Source: Mantamonas sphyraenae STR306 (lineage: Eukaryota; Protista; CRuMs). Taken from it: a stretch of DNA of 64,000 nucleotides. Both the position numbers and the translations under genes were made by a program. The stretch covers positions 1 through 64,000 of the forward strand of contig JAPMXV010000047.1 of assembly GCA_026936335.1 (NCBI GenBank), read 5' to 3'. The notes beneath the pieces were generated by a model. The model was not told the origin of the DNA and searched no databases. It was given only the letters and a program-made list of their open reading frames with translations. Below, piece by piece: positions 54,822-64,000 of this stretch. Numbering within the stretch: position 1 is the first letter of the stretch; each line of letters opens with the position of its first letter.

Positions 54822-56111
54822 TCACTCTCCCACACGCTGCCGCTTCCCTCCCACTCTGCCCTGGTCCTCCCGCTCCCCCCTCACACCCCTGTGTGTCTTG
54901 TTCCGCCCCCCACGTCCCTTTGCACGTCTCTCACAGCCCTCGACGAACTGTGCGACCCAACCGCACACGCGCTGCAGCACCTCCATCTCACCCACGCGCA
55001 CCCACCCTGCTCCTCCTCCTCCTGCTCCTCCTCCCACTGCCTCCATGACCAACACCGTCTCGACAGCGTCGTCCACGTCTTCACTCCACAACCAATGCCA
55101 CGCTGGTCTCCACGCTCTGGCAGTGGCCATTGTCCGCGCCGAATATGCGTCCAGCCACCCCTCTGCGGTCAAATCCGCGTCTGCCCCTAGTCTCCGCAGC
55201 ATGTTGGCCATCCTGACGTCGCCTCGCTGCACCGCGCGCATCAACGGTGTGGTTCTGTCTTCAAAGAACGCGTTCACCGACACGTTCAGCTCGCTGACCG
55301 CCCAGGCCACCGCCACTGCGTCTCCTCTGTCCACCATTTCCAGCATTGTCTTGACCATCCACCTGTTCTCCCTCACTCCGTCCACGTTGCACAGCTCCTG
55401 GCTGTGGCCCAGGTACCACACGTCTGTGTTGCCGCCTGACAGCGCCTTGCCCAGCCTGTCCAGTCCGTCGTCGCCCACGCCGTTGTTGCTCAGGTCCAGC
55501 CGCTGCACCGTGTGGTTGTGCACGAGTGCGTCGCCGAGTAGCATGGCGCCAAAGTCGCCCATGTTGTTTCCGTCCAGGTTCACTGTGTGCAGCCGTGTGT
55601 TTTCCACAAGGACTGCCGCCAGCACAACAACGCCACGGTATCCGATGTCGTTGTCCTCCAGACCCAGCACCTGCACACCGCGGTTCCCAATCAGCCCTAC
55701 ACCCAGTTTTTCCATACCGCTGTCCCCCAAATCATTGTTGCCCAGATACAGGCATGCCAGCGTGTTGTTCTTTCCCAACATCCGTCCCAATGCGCGTGCA
55801 CCGTCCACACCCAGCTCGTTTGCCTCCAGATGCAACACACGCAGGGTGGTGTTGACACACAGGGCGCTGGCAATGGATATCACGCCGCCACGTCCCAGTT
55901 CGTTCTCGCCGAGCTCCAACGTGTGCAACTGTGTCGAGCGACGCAGCAAGCGAGCGACTGCGCGTGCGTCGTGTGCAGACAGCAGGTTGCGTGACACGTC
56001 CAGGTCGTACGCTTGCTCTCTCCCCTCCACCAGAGCCTCGGCCTGCGCCTCCCAGTCTCCCTGTTTGCTCATGTCGATGGCTACCATGCGTTTTGTCTGC
56101 CGCGCTGTCAT
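54822..56111 (-). CDS. LRR + ankyrin protein (repeat copy)
   Basis: Identical translation to 22503-23792. Confidence 0.9.
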   Translation of the reverse strand: MTARQTKRMVAIDMSKQGDWEAQAEALVEGREQAYDLDVSRNLLSAHDARAVARLLRRSTQLHTLELGENELGRGGVISIASALCVNTTLRVLHLEANELGVDGARALGRMLGKNNTLACLYLGNNDLGDSGMEKLGVGLIGNRGVQVLGLEDNDIGYRGVVVLAAVLVENTRLHTVNLDGNNMGDFGAMLLGDALVHNHTVQRLDLSNNGVGDDGLDRLGKALSGGNTDVWYLGHSQELCNVDGVRENRWMVKTMLEMVDRGDAVAVAWAVSELNVSVNAFFEDRTTPLMRAVQRGDVRMANMLRRLGADADLTAEGWLDAYSARTMATARAWRPAWHWLWSEDVDDAVETVLVMEAVGGGAGGGGAGWVRVGEMEVLQRVCGWVAQFVEGCERRAKGRGGRNKTHRGVRGEREDQGRVGGKRQRVGE

Positions 56112-57455
56112 CTTGACCGCGGTTCAGTGATGGTGTGGACGAGACTACGCGCACGAAAAGCCCACCATGGCCGATTGATGCCACCTGTGCGTGTGGGTGC
56201 ACACGTCTTCGACCCCCCCTCCGTGTCCAGCTTCGAAAAAATGCACAGATTCTCTGGAGCTGCCGCAACTACACTGACCTCCCCCCAGTGTGCTCACCCT
56301 CACTGGACACTCTATTACACCCTTTCCAACCCCTACATCCACATGGGAGTCCTGTAACGACCTGGATCGACGATGGGAACACTCTTTCCGTTTGTGATGA
56401 GCACTATGGCACTGTTTGTACGAAATTGGTGCATTATGTCCAAACCGGGTATTCGCATTGCCACCGCATCTCCCTCACATCCCACCACACCATCACCCCA
56501 GAGCACAATTGCACCGTCGTGTGAGACATCACACGCATCGATGGCACCCCTCGAGACTTCATCCACACCACCGTGGACACTCTGAAAATGATAGTCCACC
56601 ACGCCCACATCCCACAATGAGTGGAGACACCACCCCCTCCCAGGCCCTTCCTCCACCAATGTACACTGTAAAACTTTGTCCTCCTCCCACATTGAACCCA
56701 CAGGGAACAACCATCTGGTGTGCAACGATCGAAACAAGCGACTAGCGACACAAGCCACCCCAATCACCAGATACCTCCTGCTCGTTCACACCTCGAGTAC
56801 ATCCTGTTTCCAGCAAGGTGAGCCATGTACTGCAATAGACGCGACTCCCACGGGCCTACCAAGCACTTTCCCTTCTCTCCACCATCTTCCTACTTTTTCC
56901 GTTCCCACAAAGCAGCCAATCACCCCTCCCTCTTTGCAAACCGTACATGAATCCACACCCTTATCCTATACAGGAGACTGCGTCTTGCTCACAGCGCAAC
57001 TCAACCATCTCGCCGGAGGACATCACCTCATCACAAATTTTTTTCGTCACACTCACCTACAACGACGCGCCGACACATCGATGCATGGAAACACACCACA
57101 CAACCACACACACACATATACACTTGTTCATTCACGCGTTTGTGGTCACTTCCCAGTTGGTGCACGTCTCGCGTGCAGGGGCGACGAAATCCGGACGTAG
57201 CAGTCCATATACCCGTCCCGTGCAGCCATGGTCATTCTGTGATGGTGTAGACGCCACGTCGTCCATGTGCTTTCTGTGCCTGCTTCGGCTCCCTCGACAA
57301 TCGGTAGCTTTGAGCAAGAACGAGCTCGCTGAGAAGGGGCTGCACTATCAGGCACGCTGTCACGCGGTGCAACCCATGTGCTTGGCGGGGTTCCGCATGC
57401 AGACCCCAGGCCGTTCGAGTTTGGGTGTCTCTTGCCTCCTCCTCTGGACTGCATC

Positions 57456-57959
57456 TCACCGAGCGTGTCTGCGCCTTTTTCTGTGCGGCGGGCCCTCGTC
57501 CTCTTGAAGGAGGTCTCCAGAGGACCACGAGCAATCGTATGGGTCGTCTATGCTGCGATCTTGCAGCGGAGAGGGATGTCGCTTTGTCCTGTTGCGGTGG
57601 AGAGTTTCTGCTGACGAGGTGTTCTCGAGATCCATTGTGGTGCTGTTGTTGCGCGCTGAAGGCAGGGACTCGATGTCCATGTGCGAGGTGCAGGGTGTGA
57701 TGTAGGTGAGATCACCTGCGAGCTGGAGCCACCTGATAATCTCGACCAGGAGGGTCTGCATGTCAGGGGGTAACTGGGTTCTCCGCGTCATTTGTCGTTG
57801 TTGTTTTGGACCAGCCGGCGCAGTGCAGGGATTGCAATCCACGTCTCTATATCCCGCCAGCATGGAAAACCTTGACTGTGTGTGGATGGTGTGGGTTGCT
57901 GGCGACCGATGACCAGAGGCGCAGTGGTGCAGGGTTGGTGCGGTGGATCGGAAAATCAT
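57456..57959 (-). CDS. Hypothetical protein (repeat copy)
   Basis: Mirror of 20656-21159. Confidence 0.4.
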   Translation of the reverse strand: MIFRSTAPTLHHCASGHRSPATHTIHTQSRFSMLAGYRDVDCNPCTAPAGPKQQRQMTRRTQLPPDMQTLLVEIIRWLQLAGDLTYITPCTSHMDIESLPSARNNSTTMDLENTSSAETLHRNRTKRHPSPLQDRSIDDPYDCSWSSGDLLQEDEGPPHRKRRRHAR

Positions 57960-57964
57960 CCCTA

Positions 57965-60900
57965 CTAGATATCGGCATAGTCATTCCAGGGGTCTGTCGG
58001 CATGGGCCGGATGCCTGTTTGTGGCCAGCAGTCCTGTTCTGTTGGATGCGTCGTGTTTGTGGACACGGAGGCGCTCTTGTTGCGCAGAAAAAGCTGGATC
58101 ATCGACGGGAGGAGTTTGTCGGTGACCGTGTCCCAGCGCTCGCGGCAGTCAATCAAATCGTCGTCGTCGTCCGAATAGGAAGGAGGGACCCAAGGGAAGG
58201 GGAGATCTTTCAGGCGGGAACGGAGGGCACGGTAGTCTGCGGTGCAGCGAGAGTACTCACGATCAAAGAGAACCGAGCCGAGCTCCCACCACGTGGCCTC
58301 GTACGGAAACAGCTTGGTTGCGTCGATGGTGTCTTTGCCTTCCAAAACGGACAAGTACTTGACTTCTCTGGGCACGCGAGTTTTGGAACGCGAACGGTTT
58401 GCGTTGTTTGACGCGCGGCTCTTTGTGAGTGCTTTGAGAGTGCTGTGGTCGATGAGGTTTGCAAAAACGTGCGGGAGGTTGATGATCTCCCATTCGTGGA
58501 GCACTGTCCCTTGCACGCGTGTGGAGGGCCAGGAGTCCTTGCGGAGTTGCTGCAGGTGATCCAAGGGTCCATTGGATTCTGTGTTGCCAGCGGAGCCATG
58601 GCGGTCTTCCTCGTCGGACGAGTCCTCACTGACCTGCGGATGGGGGGAAAGATTCTGCAGCCGCCAGTGCAAGAGCCAGGCAAGTTTGAGTGCGAAGCGT
58701 GGGTACACGTAGTGGTTGCGCACAGTCCAGGCCCTCTTCATACGAGCACGCCATTGTCGTGGTTCCATGAGAGGGACAGATTCTTTGGCTGTGTCATAGG
58801 TGAGGCAGGGAAAGGCGTTCTGAGCCATCAGGGCGGCGTCGAGATTGGCTGCAACAGGGCAGGTGGCCGGACAGAAGGGTTGTTTGGCCATCCACGCAAA
58901 GGCGCCAGGGTGCTCGCTGTTGTTCAAAGAGGAGCTTGAAGCGCGACCCGATGGCTTTGGATCCCACAGAAGAAGGCCGGCGTCGCTGTCGAAGCAGTGG
59001 ATCCAAAGGAGTGGGCGACAGATGCTTGTGTGTTCGGTTGCCGTCGATGTCTTGTGCATGTTGCTGCTGAGATAGGCACGTGGCGACATCCAGGCGGTCG
59101 CCGCAAAGCGGTACACGGCATGTGCAGCCAACTTGGCGACTTGCTTCTTCTGAGCGATGTGGTGGACCCATGAACATGTGATAGCTCGGGCAATCGGCAC
59201 GCCGTGGTGGGGGGCTGCTCGGTCCGATCGAATCAGGCACTGTACACAATAGTCTGAGGTGACACTGTAGCCGTTCATGGCTTTGACATTGTGTTCCCAC
59301 GCGTCGTGCTGTCGTTCGAGCAAGCCAACCAAGGAGTTCCGCCAGGCCTTGCGCAGCACTGTTCGCTCGCAGTCGTTCGTGTTGGCGGCTGCAGCGTCCT
59401 GATCTTGCTGAAAAGCGTGTGCATGAAGTTCATGGGCACGATGTAGCTCAGTTTCCAACAGAATTTGGAGCGGTAGGGGGTAATCGTGGAAGGGTTCGAT
59501 GGACTCGAGCTTGTCGAAAACGGGCACGAGGACGTGTTCTTCCACGTCTTTGTACCAAGCGCCAAGTTTGCACAGCGGGACTACACCCACAAATGCCAAG
59601 CACGTGAGTATGGCCAATTCGTCCTCAGACGCGCTGTCGCTCCTCGCCTGGGAACGAATTTCATCCGCAAACTGGCGAGCCTTTGTCAGGTTCTCCTGGT
59701 GCTCAGCAGTCACCCGCTGGGCAAGCAGAGCCGCCTTGCAGAGGGTCTGTGGATTGGTGGTGGCAATCAGACTCGAGCGCATCGACGGGAACTCGCGAAA
59801 CCGTGTTGCGTTGGCACCGTGTTTGGGGTCCATCCAGAAGCAGATTAGTGTCTCCACAATATCGACCCTCTCCTGACTGTTGTTCTCAAGAAACGTTTGA
59901 CAGTATTTGTTGATGACACTCTCTGGCTCAGAGGTGAGTTTGCAGCTCGAACCATGAACCCACAGCGGCTCCTTTTTGTTGCCTCCACGCTGGTGTAAAA
60001 GCTCTTCAATGGACGACATCCAGTTCTCTGCGAGCGCTTCCAGTGTCTCTCTTTCCTGCTCATTCTCTTTGTCCAGCGAGAGCAGCTTGGCCTGAACAAG
60101 GGTGGCTGCCTCCAGCTCCACGCTCATCAAACGTCGCTCGTCAACTTCCAAAGCCGGTGTGCTGTCAATGCGAACATCCGTGAGGTGGAATGCAGGTCGA
60201 ATGATATTGCGATTCATACCTCCATAGTAGGTCCAGGAGTGGCACCCAGTGTGTTCCCAGAGCACTGTGAGCGGGATCAGCCCCGAGAAACTTGCATAGA
60301 CCACCAAATCCCACTGGGCTGAAGACATGTTTGATGTACACACATATGCACTGTTGACAAATTGCCTCAATTTCTCGTAGGAGGTAAGCAGGGGCTCGGG
60401 AGGCGGGAGGTCCAGTGATGCTGAGGCGGCCGCCCACACGAGCGCTTTCACTTGACCAGGGGTTACCTCGCCGCCTTGATACTGTTGAAAAGCGGCAACT
60501 AGGTTGCTCTTGGGGTGCTTAGCATTGGGTCCTAGGTGTGTGAGCTCGTTCTTGTTGATATCTTCGATCAGCTCCAAGGTGATGCTCTCGTATGTGTGCT
60601 TGTCAGGCAGCTGGTGCTTTGAAGGTGAAGCAGGGGCCTGTTGGTCACCATTGGGCTGCAAGTAGTGGCGACGGGCACAGGATGTCCACACATGCGCGCA
60701 TTCGGTACGTGTGAGTGCATGACCTGGGCCGGGATGGAGGTTGCAAGAGGGGAAACCCACCGTGCCGTTTGGGGTCTCGGAGCTGGAGCTGGAGCTGGAG
60801 CTCGAAGATGCAGATGGGGTAGACTCTACCCGGGACCGCTTAGGTGCGTGGTCAGTTACAGGGTCAATGCTCTGCGGCTCCTCTTCTTGCTCTTGTTCTT

Positions 60901-61180
60901 GGTCCCCGAGCCGGATGGGCACTTGCTGCGCAGCCACCTGGACGCCAAATCGGCCACCCCCCTTGCGTCGCTGGTGCTTGGCGGACCTCTTGCGTTTACG
61001 TGATGCTGCAGGTCTATCTCTACGATGTGTGGCTCCCCAAACATTGCCCTCCTGTTGCTCACTGTTCTCCATGGAGCAGAACAAAGGGCGGCTTTGGTGG
61101 GTTCTGCGCAACTTGCTTGGCCCCTTTGTCCTCTTGCTCAACGTAATCAACGTATCGACGACGGAGCCCACAGCGCCCAC
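57965..61180 (-). CDS. Large hypothetical protein, 1071 aa (repeat copy)
   Basis: Identical translation to 17435-20650. Confidence 0.75.
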   Translation of the reverse strand: MGAVGSVVDTLITLSKRTKGPSKLRRTHQSRPLFCSMENSEQQEGNVWGATHRRDRPAASRKRKRSAKHQRRKGGGRFGVQVAAQQVPIRLGDQEQEQEEEPQSIDPVTDHAPKRSRVESTPSASSSSSSSSSSETPNGTVGFPSCNLHPGPGHALTRTECAHVWTSCARRHYLQPNGDQQAPASPSKHQLPDKHTYESITLELIEDINKNELTHLGPNAKHPKSNLVAAFQQYQGGEVTPGQVKALVWAAASASLDLPPPEPLLTSYEKLRQFVNSAYVCTSNMSSAQWDLVVYASFSGLIPLTVLWEHTGCHSWTYYGGMNRNIIRPAFHLTDVRIDSTPALEVDERRLMSVELEAATLVQAKLLSLDKENEQERETLEALAENWMSSIEELLHQRGGNKKEPLWVHGSSCKLTSEPESVINKYCQTFLENNSQERVDIVETLICFWMDPKHGANATRFREFPSMRSSLIATTNPQTLCKAALLAQRVTAEHQENLTKARQFADEIRSQARSDSASEDELAILTCLAFVGVVPLCKLGAWYKDVEEHVLVPVFDKLESIEPFHDYPLPLQILLETELHRAHELHAHAFQQDQDAAAANTNDCERTVLRKAWRNSLVGLLERQHDAWEHNVKAMNGYSVTSDYCVQCLIRSDRAAPHHGVPIARAITCSWVHHIAQKKQVAKLAAHAVYRFAATAWMSPRAYLSSNMHKTSTATEHTSICRPLLWIHCFDSDAGLLLWDPKPSGRASSSSLNNSEHPGAFAWMAKQPFCPATCPVAANLDAALMAQNAFPCLTYDTAKESVPLMEPRQWRARMKRAWTVRNHYVYPRFALKLAWLLHWRLQNLSPHPQVSEDSSDEEDRHGSAGNTESNGPLDHLQQLRKDSWPSTRVQGTVLHEWEIINLPHVFANLIDHSTLKALTKSRASNNANRSRSKTRVPREVKYLSVLEGKDTIDATKLFPYEATWWELGSVLFDREYSRCTADYRALRSRLKDLPFPWVPPSYSDDDDDLIDCRERWDTVTDKLLPSMIQLFLRNKSASVSTNTTHPTEQDCWPQTGIRPMPTDPWNDYADI

Positions 61181-61229
61181 GACTTGTGTGGTTCACAAGG
61201 AGGTGTACACCTTTCACCCAATCAAGGTG

Positions 61230-61556
61230 GTGGGCCTGGTTGGACCTCGCCCGGGACCACTCTCATCGTCGGGTTCGTGTCGTTTCGCTCACCGCTTTCG
61301 ATATCAGTGAGTCCTGGACCAAGTCCTGGGAGGACAGTTCCGCACATGTACCAACACACTCTTTGGTCACACACACTGTGGATTGTGATTGGTTTTGCGA
61401 TGAAGCCTGGGCCCGGACCAGGTCCGGACCCACTGGTCATCGTAAAATCGGGTGTATTTTGATTTTTTGGCTTTTCATTTCACCTCATCAATTCGTGTGA
61501 CTGGAGGTTTCGATGAAGGTCCAGTCCGGACCAAGTCCGGGACCACGAAACAAACC
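61230..61556. promoter_or_regulatory. GGTCCGGACC core-element cluster (repeat copy)
   Basis: tggttttgcgatgaagcctgggcccggaccaggtccggacccactggtcatcgtaaaa at 61390-61447. Confidence 0.7.
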
Positions 61557-61775
61557 ACAAACAGGGACCATACATGGACTACTGGTTGACAGATGGATGT
61601 GTCGACCTGTGTGGGCATGGAGGAAGCTCTGAGGGGCGTGGGAGCATCACTGTGGCCCTGTCGGTCCAACTTGGTCTGCAGCTCGTGGTTGCCCCGTCTG
61701 AGGCAACTCAACGCGATTGCACTTTGCACGTCACAGTAATCCGCTCGATCACTCACAAGACGCAAACAAGCAATC

Positions 61776-62081
61776 ATGGACATCGATATCCCGGAAATCG
61801 ACCCTGTCGATGAGAGTGTTGGTGACATTGTCCTGGCAGACGAAACGAGCCAGCCCGATGCAGGTTCACAGCCCCACGACGAAGAAGGGCGCAAACGTGC
61901 ACGTTCAGCAAGTATTGAGGAGTCGTACCAGGAGGACGAGTGGATTTCGACAGTTGCAGCGGCACTGCCCCAGCCAAAGAAACAGGCTCGCATTGACCTT
62001 GGTACGTGCCCCCCAAACGTCCACACACGGTTCCAAATTACGTGGTTGGTAAAACATAAACACCTCTACAACAATAACTAA
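61776..62081 (+). CDS. Small acidic hypothetical protein (repeat copy)
   Basis: Mirror of 16534-16839. Confidence 0.55.
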   Translation: MDIDIPEIDPVDESVGDIVLADETSQPDAGSQPHDEEGRKRARSASIEESYQEDEWISTVAAALPQPKKQARIDLGTCPPNVHTRFQITWLVKHKHLYNNN

Positions 62082-62099
62082 CCCCCACGGGCATGGCGC

Positions 62100-64000
62100 A
62101 TGGACGAAGTAGACGCGAGCGCCGTTTCAGACTCGACGCAGCACCTGGATCAGCCTTGCTCGTCATCCGCATCGGCTGGAGATGTTTGCAGAGCAACAGA
62201 GAGGCCATTGAGCAGGGATCAGAGGGAGCTTGTCGATTTGATAGTGGCCGCGACGCGAAAGAAGGACGCGGTGGGGCTTGTGATTGAGGCAGTGCCGGGT
62301 GCGGGCAAGTCGACTGTGATCAGGGTTATTGTGAAGGAAGTCCTCAGAGAAGAGGGTGGAGAGAATCGGTGGACGACCGACCGAGCTCTGTATGTGCTGG
62401 TGTTCAACCGCGCCAACGCGAACGATTTGAAGGAGGCACTCGAGCGAGCTGGAGTCAAGGTGGCGGCAAAGCGGAGTGACGATGGTGTGCACGTGTGCAC
62501 TTTCCATTCCAAGGCCATGAGCGATTTGGGCAGTCATGCAAAGGGAGCGGTGACGTTTGATTCGAGCTCTTCGAGCTCGGTTCTTCCGAGATACTTTGTG
62601 CAGGTACTGTGCAGAGCGAGCGCTGACATGCAACAGGGCATGAAGATCGACGATGAGCGCATTGACTCGTACCTATGCGAAAACGTGACCAAGCTTACGA
62701 ACGAATTTGTCAAACGAGCCGACGCGTCCAAGGCAAGCACCAACAACCAGGAAATTCGGGACATGTGTCAGAGACACTACCAAAACATTGTAAAGTTTGC
62801 CAAGCCTGTGTTGACACAGTGCTGTCAGCAGTATGCGCCGCTGGTCAGGAGCGTCGAGCAAAAGGTGCTGCGAACGCTGGTTGAGTTCTACAGCCAGGCT
62901 TGCATGCAGATGAACATTGGCAACGACAAGAGTGAAGTATACCACATGATCAACACGGAACGCAATCTGCGCACTCACTCTGGACTGGAAAAAAAGGCGC
63001 TTGGGGCAGAGTTTGAGCGGGGCGTGCTGACCGAGCTCGTGTGCCTGGTGCTGAAGCCAGCCGAGCTGTTTGCCAACAACATGACAAGCATTGTGTCAAT
63101 GCCAGATGCGGTGTACGTGGCAAACATCACAGGCGCAGATTCCTTGCCGCAGAAGCACATGGTGGCCCCTCTGCTCATTGTGGACGAAGCACAGGACTGC
63201 ACTCCCGCCATGATCGAATTTGCCCGCCGCATGACGGAAAAGAAGGGCAGCATACTTGCAGTGTTTGGCGACAAGCGCCAGGCCATCAACCTGTCACTAG
63301 GAGCGGCACCAACGGCGCTTGCCACTCTGAAAGAGGAAGCCTCGAACCAGGGGATGCGAACGAACACCCTGGAGCTGAAACTCACACGTCGCGTGTTTTC
63401 CAAGATGGCACCAGTGCTGGAGACGTTGGGCACCCCAATCGAGTTTGACAAGGACGTCGTTGCGCAAGGTACGTTTGGGCCGCGCGAGGAGCTGCCCCGA
63501 GCGACCACGGCAGAAAACGATGACCTATTGATCGTACGCAACAACCAGGAGCAGTGTGTGTTGCTGGCTGTGTACGACCAATTCTTCCTTGCAGACAATC
63601 GCGGCCACGAGTACGCCCAAGTTTGCACTGAGCTCCAGTGTCGGTGGAGCAAACACGGGGGCTCAGAAGAACATACGAATGTGGAAGAGTGGCGATCTAC
63701 CGCGCAGGGGTTCGTCGAACGCGAGTTGCAGGTGATGCTCGGACCCGAAGAAGTTGCCGACACGGAGGGCGTTGGCCGCACAGCCGTGGTCGGTCGCTTC
63801 GACACTCGCCAGGACGTCCAGCAGTTCTTCAGGAGCATCAGAGGTGCGAACCGCAGGGTGTCGATGATGTTGCGAACTGTGGCTCTTTGTGCGAGGGTGG
63901 CGGTACTTGCAGCGGGATGATCTCGTTCATGAGCAGGGGGTACACGAACTCCAGCAGCGCTTCAACGACTTTATGCACGCTCCAGCAGACGCCATGGATG
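62100..64000 (+). CDS. UvrD-like SF1 helicase (repeat copy; extra T at 63886-63888; runs off the window)
   Basis: Motifs I-IV in the 606-aa ORF; the left copy has TT at this position and reads through. Confidence 0.9.

Larger units (their letters stand above)
50850..64000. repeat. Right arm of giant inverted repeat (runs off the window)
   Basis: Reverse complement of 14615-27764. Differences noticed: one SNP (27744/50870) and three homopolymer indels. Confidence 0.97.

Noticed and set aside
14615-64000. Simple fold-back read chimera or hairpin centre
   Set aside because: The arms are separated by 23 kb of unique coding sequence with no palindrome at the axis (~39307). Misassembly still needs a read-level check.
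14615-64000. Terminal inverted repeats of a DDE transposon or Polinton
   Set aside because: No transposase, retroviral-type integrase, protein-primed PolB or capsid motifs were recognised, and the arms are full of genes.
1-64000. rRNA, tRNA, capsid or polymerase genes
   Set aside because: No recognisable signatures by eye, so the viral identity remains an inference.

Overview
A gene-dense, GC-rich (roughly 55-58% by eye) eukaryote-type window that looks more like a large DNA virus or giant mobile/endogenous element than an ordinary chromosome. No capsid, polymerase, rRNA or tRNA gene is recognisable, so its identity is not proven. The dominant structure is a near-perfect inverted repeat of at least 13.1 kb (14615-27764 versus 50850-64000, still open at the window end) flanking a ~23 kb unique segment. 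Each arm carries a UvrD-like SF1 helicase, a 1071-aa orphan, an LRR-ankyrin protein, an intron-split HSF-type transcription factor and a broken LRR paralogue. The unique segment holds a 2163-aa protein with four Cys/Trp-rich modules, a GT61-like glycosyltransferase, a polytopic membrane protein, a TPR-like protein, a CRAL-TRIO protein and, near the symmetry axis, a divergent protelomerase-like tyrosine recombinase (39718-40908). Left of the repeat lie a herpes UL9-like origin-binding SF2 helicase, a tandem array of alternating GC-rich and AT-rich palindromes (13753-14111, with related copies inside both arms), a SET-domain gene and two secreted beta-propeller genes. The best candidate for a new system is UL9-like initiator + palindromic origin/terminus array + UvrD helicase + protelomerase-like resolvase + giant inverted repeat, read together as a self-contained replication/resolution module. 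Many frames are broken by homopolymer indels (probably long-read error) and by isolated in-frame stops (possible decay). All family assignments are from motif recognition by eye, not database searches.
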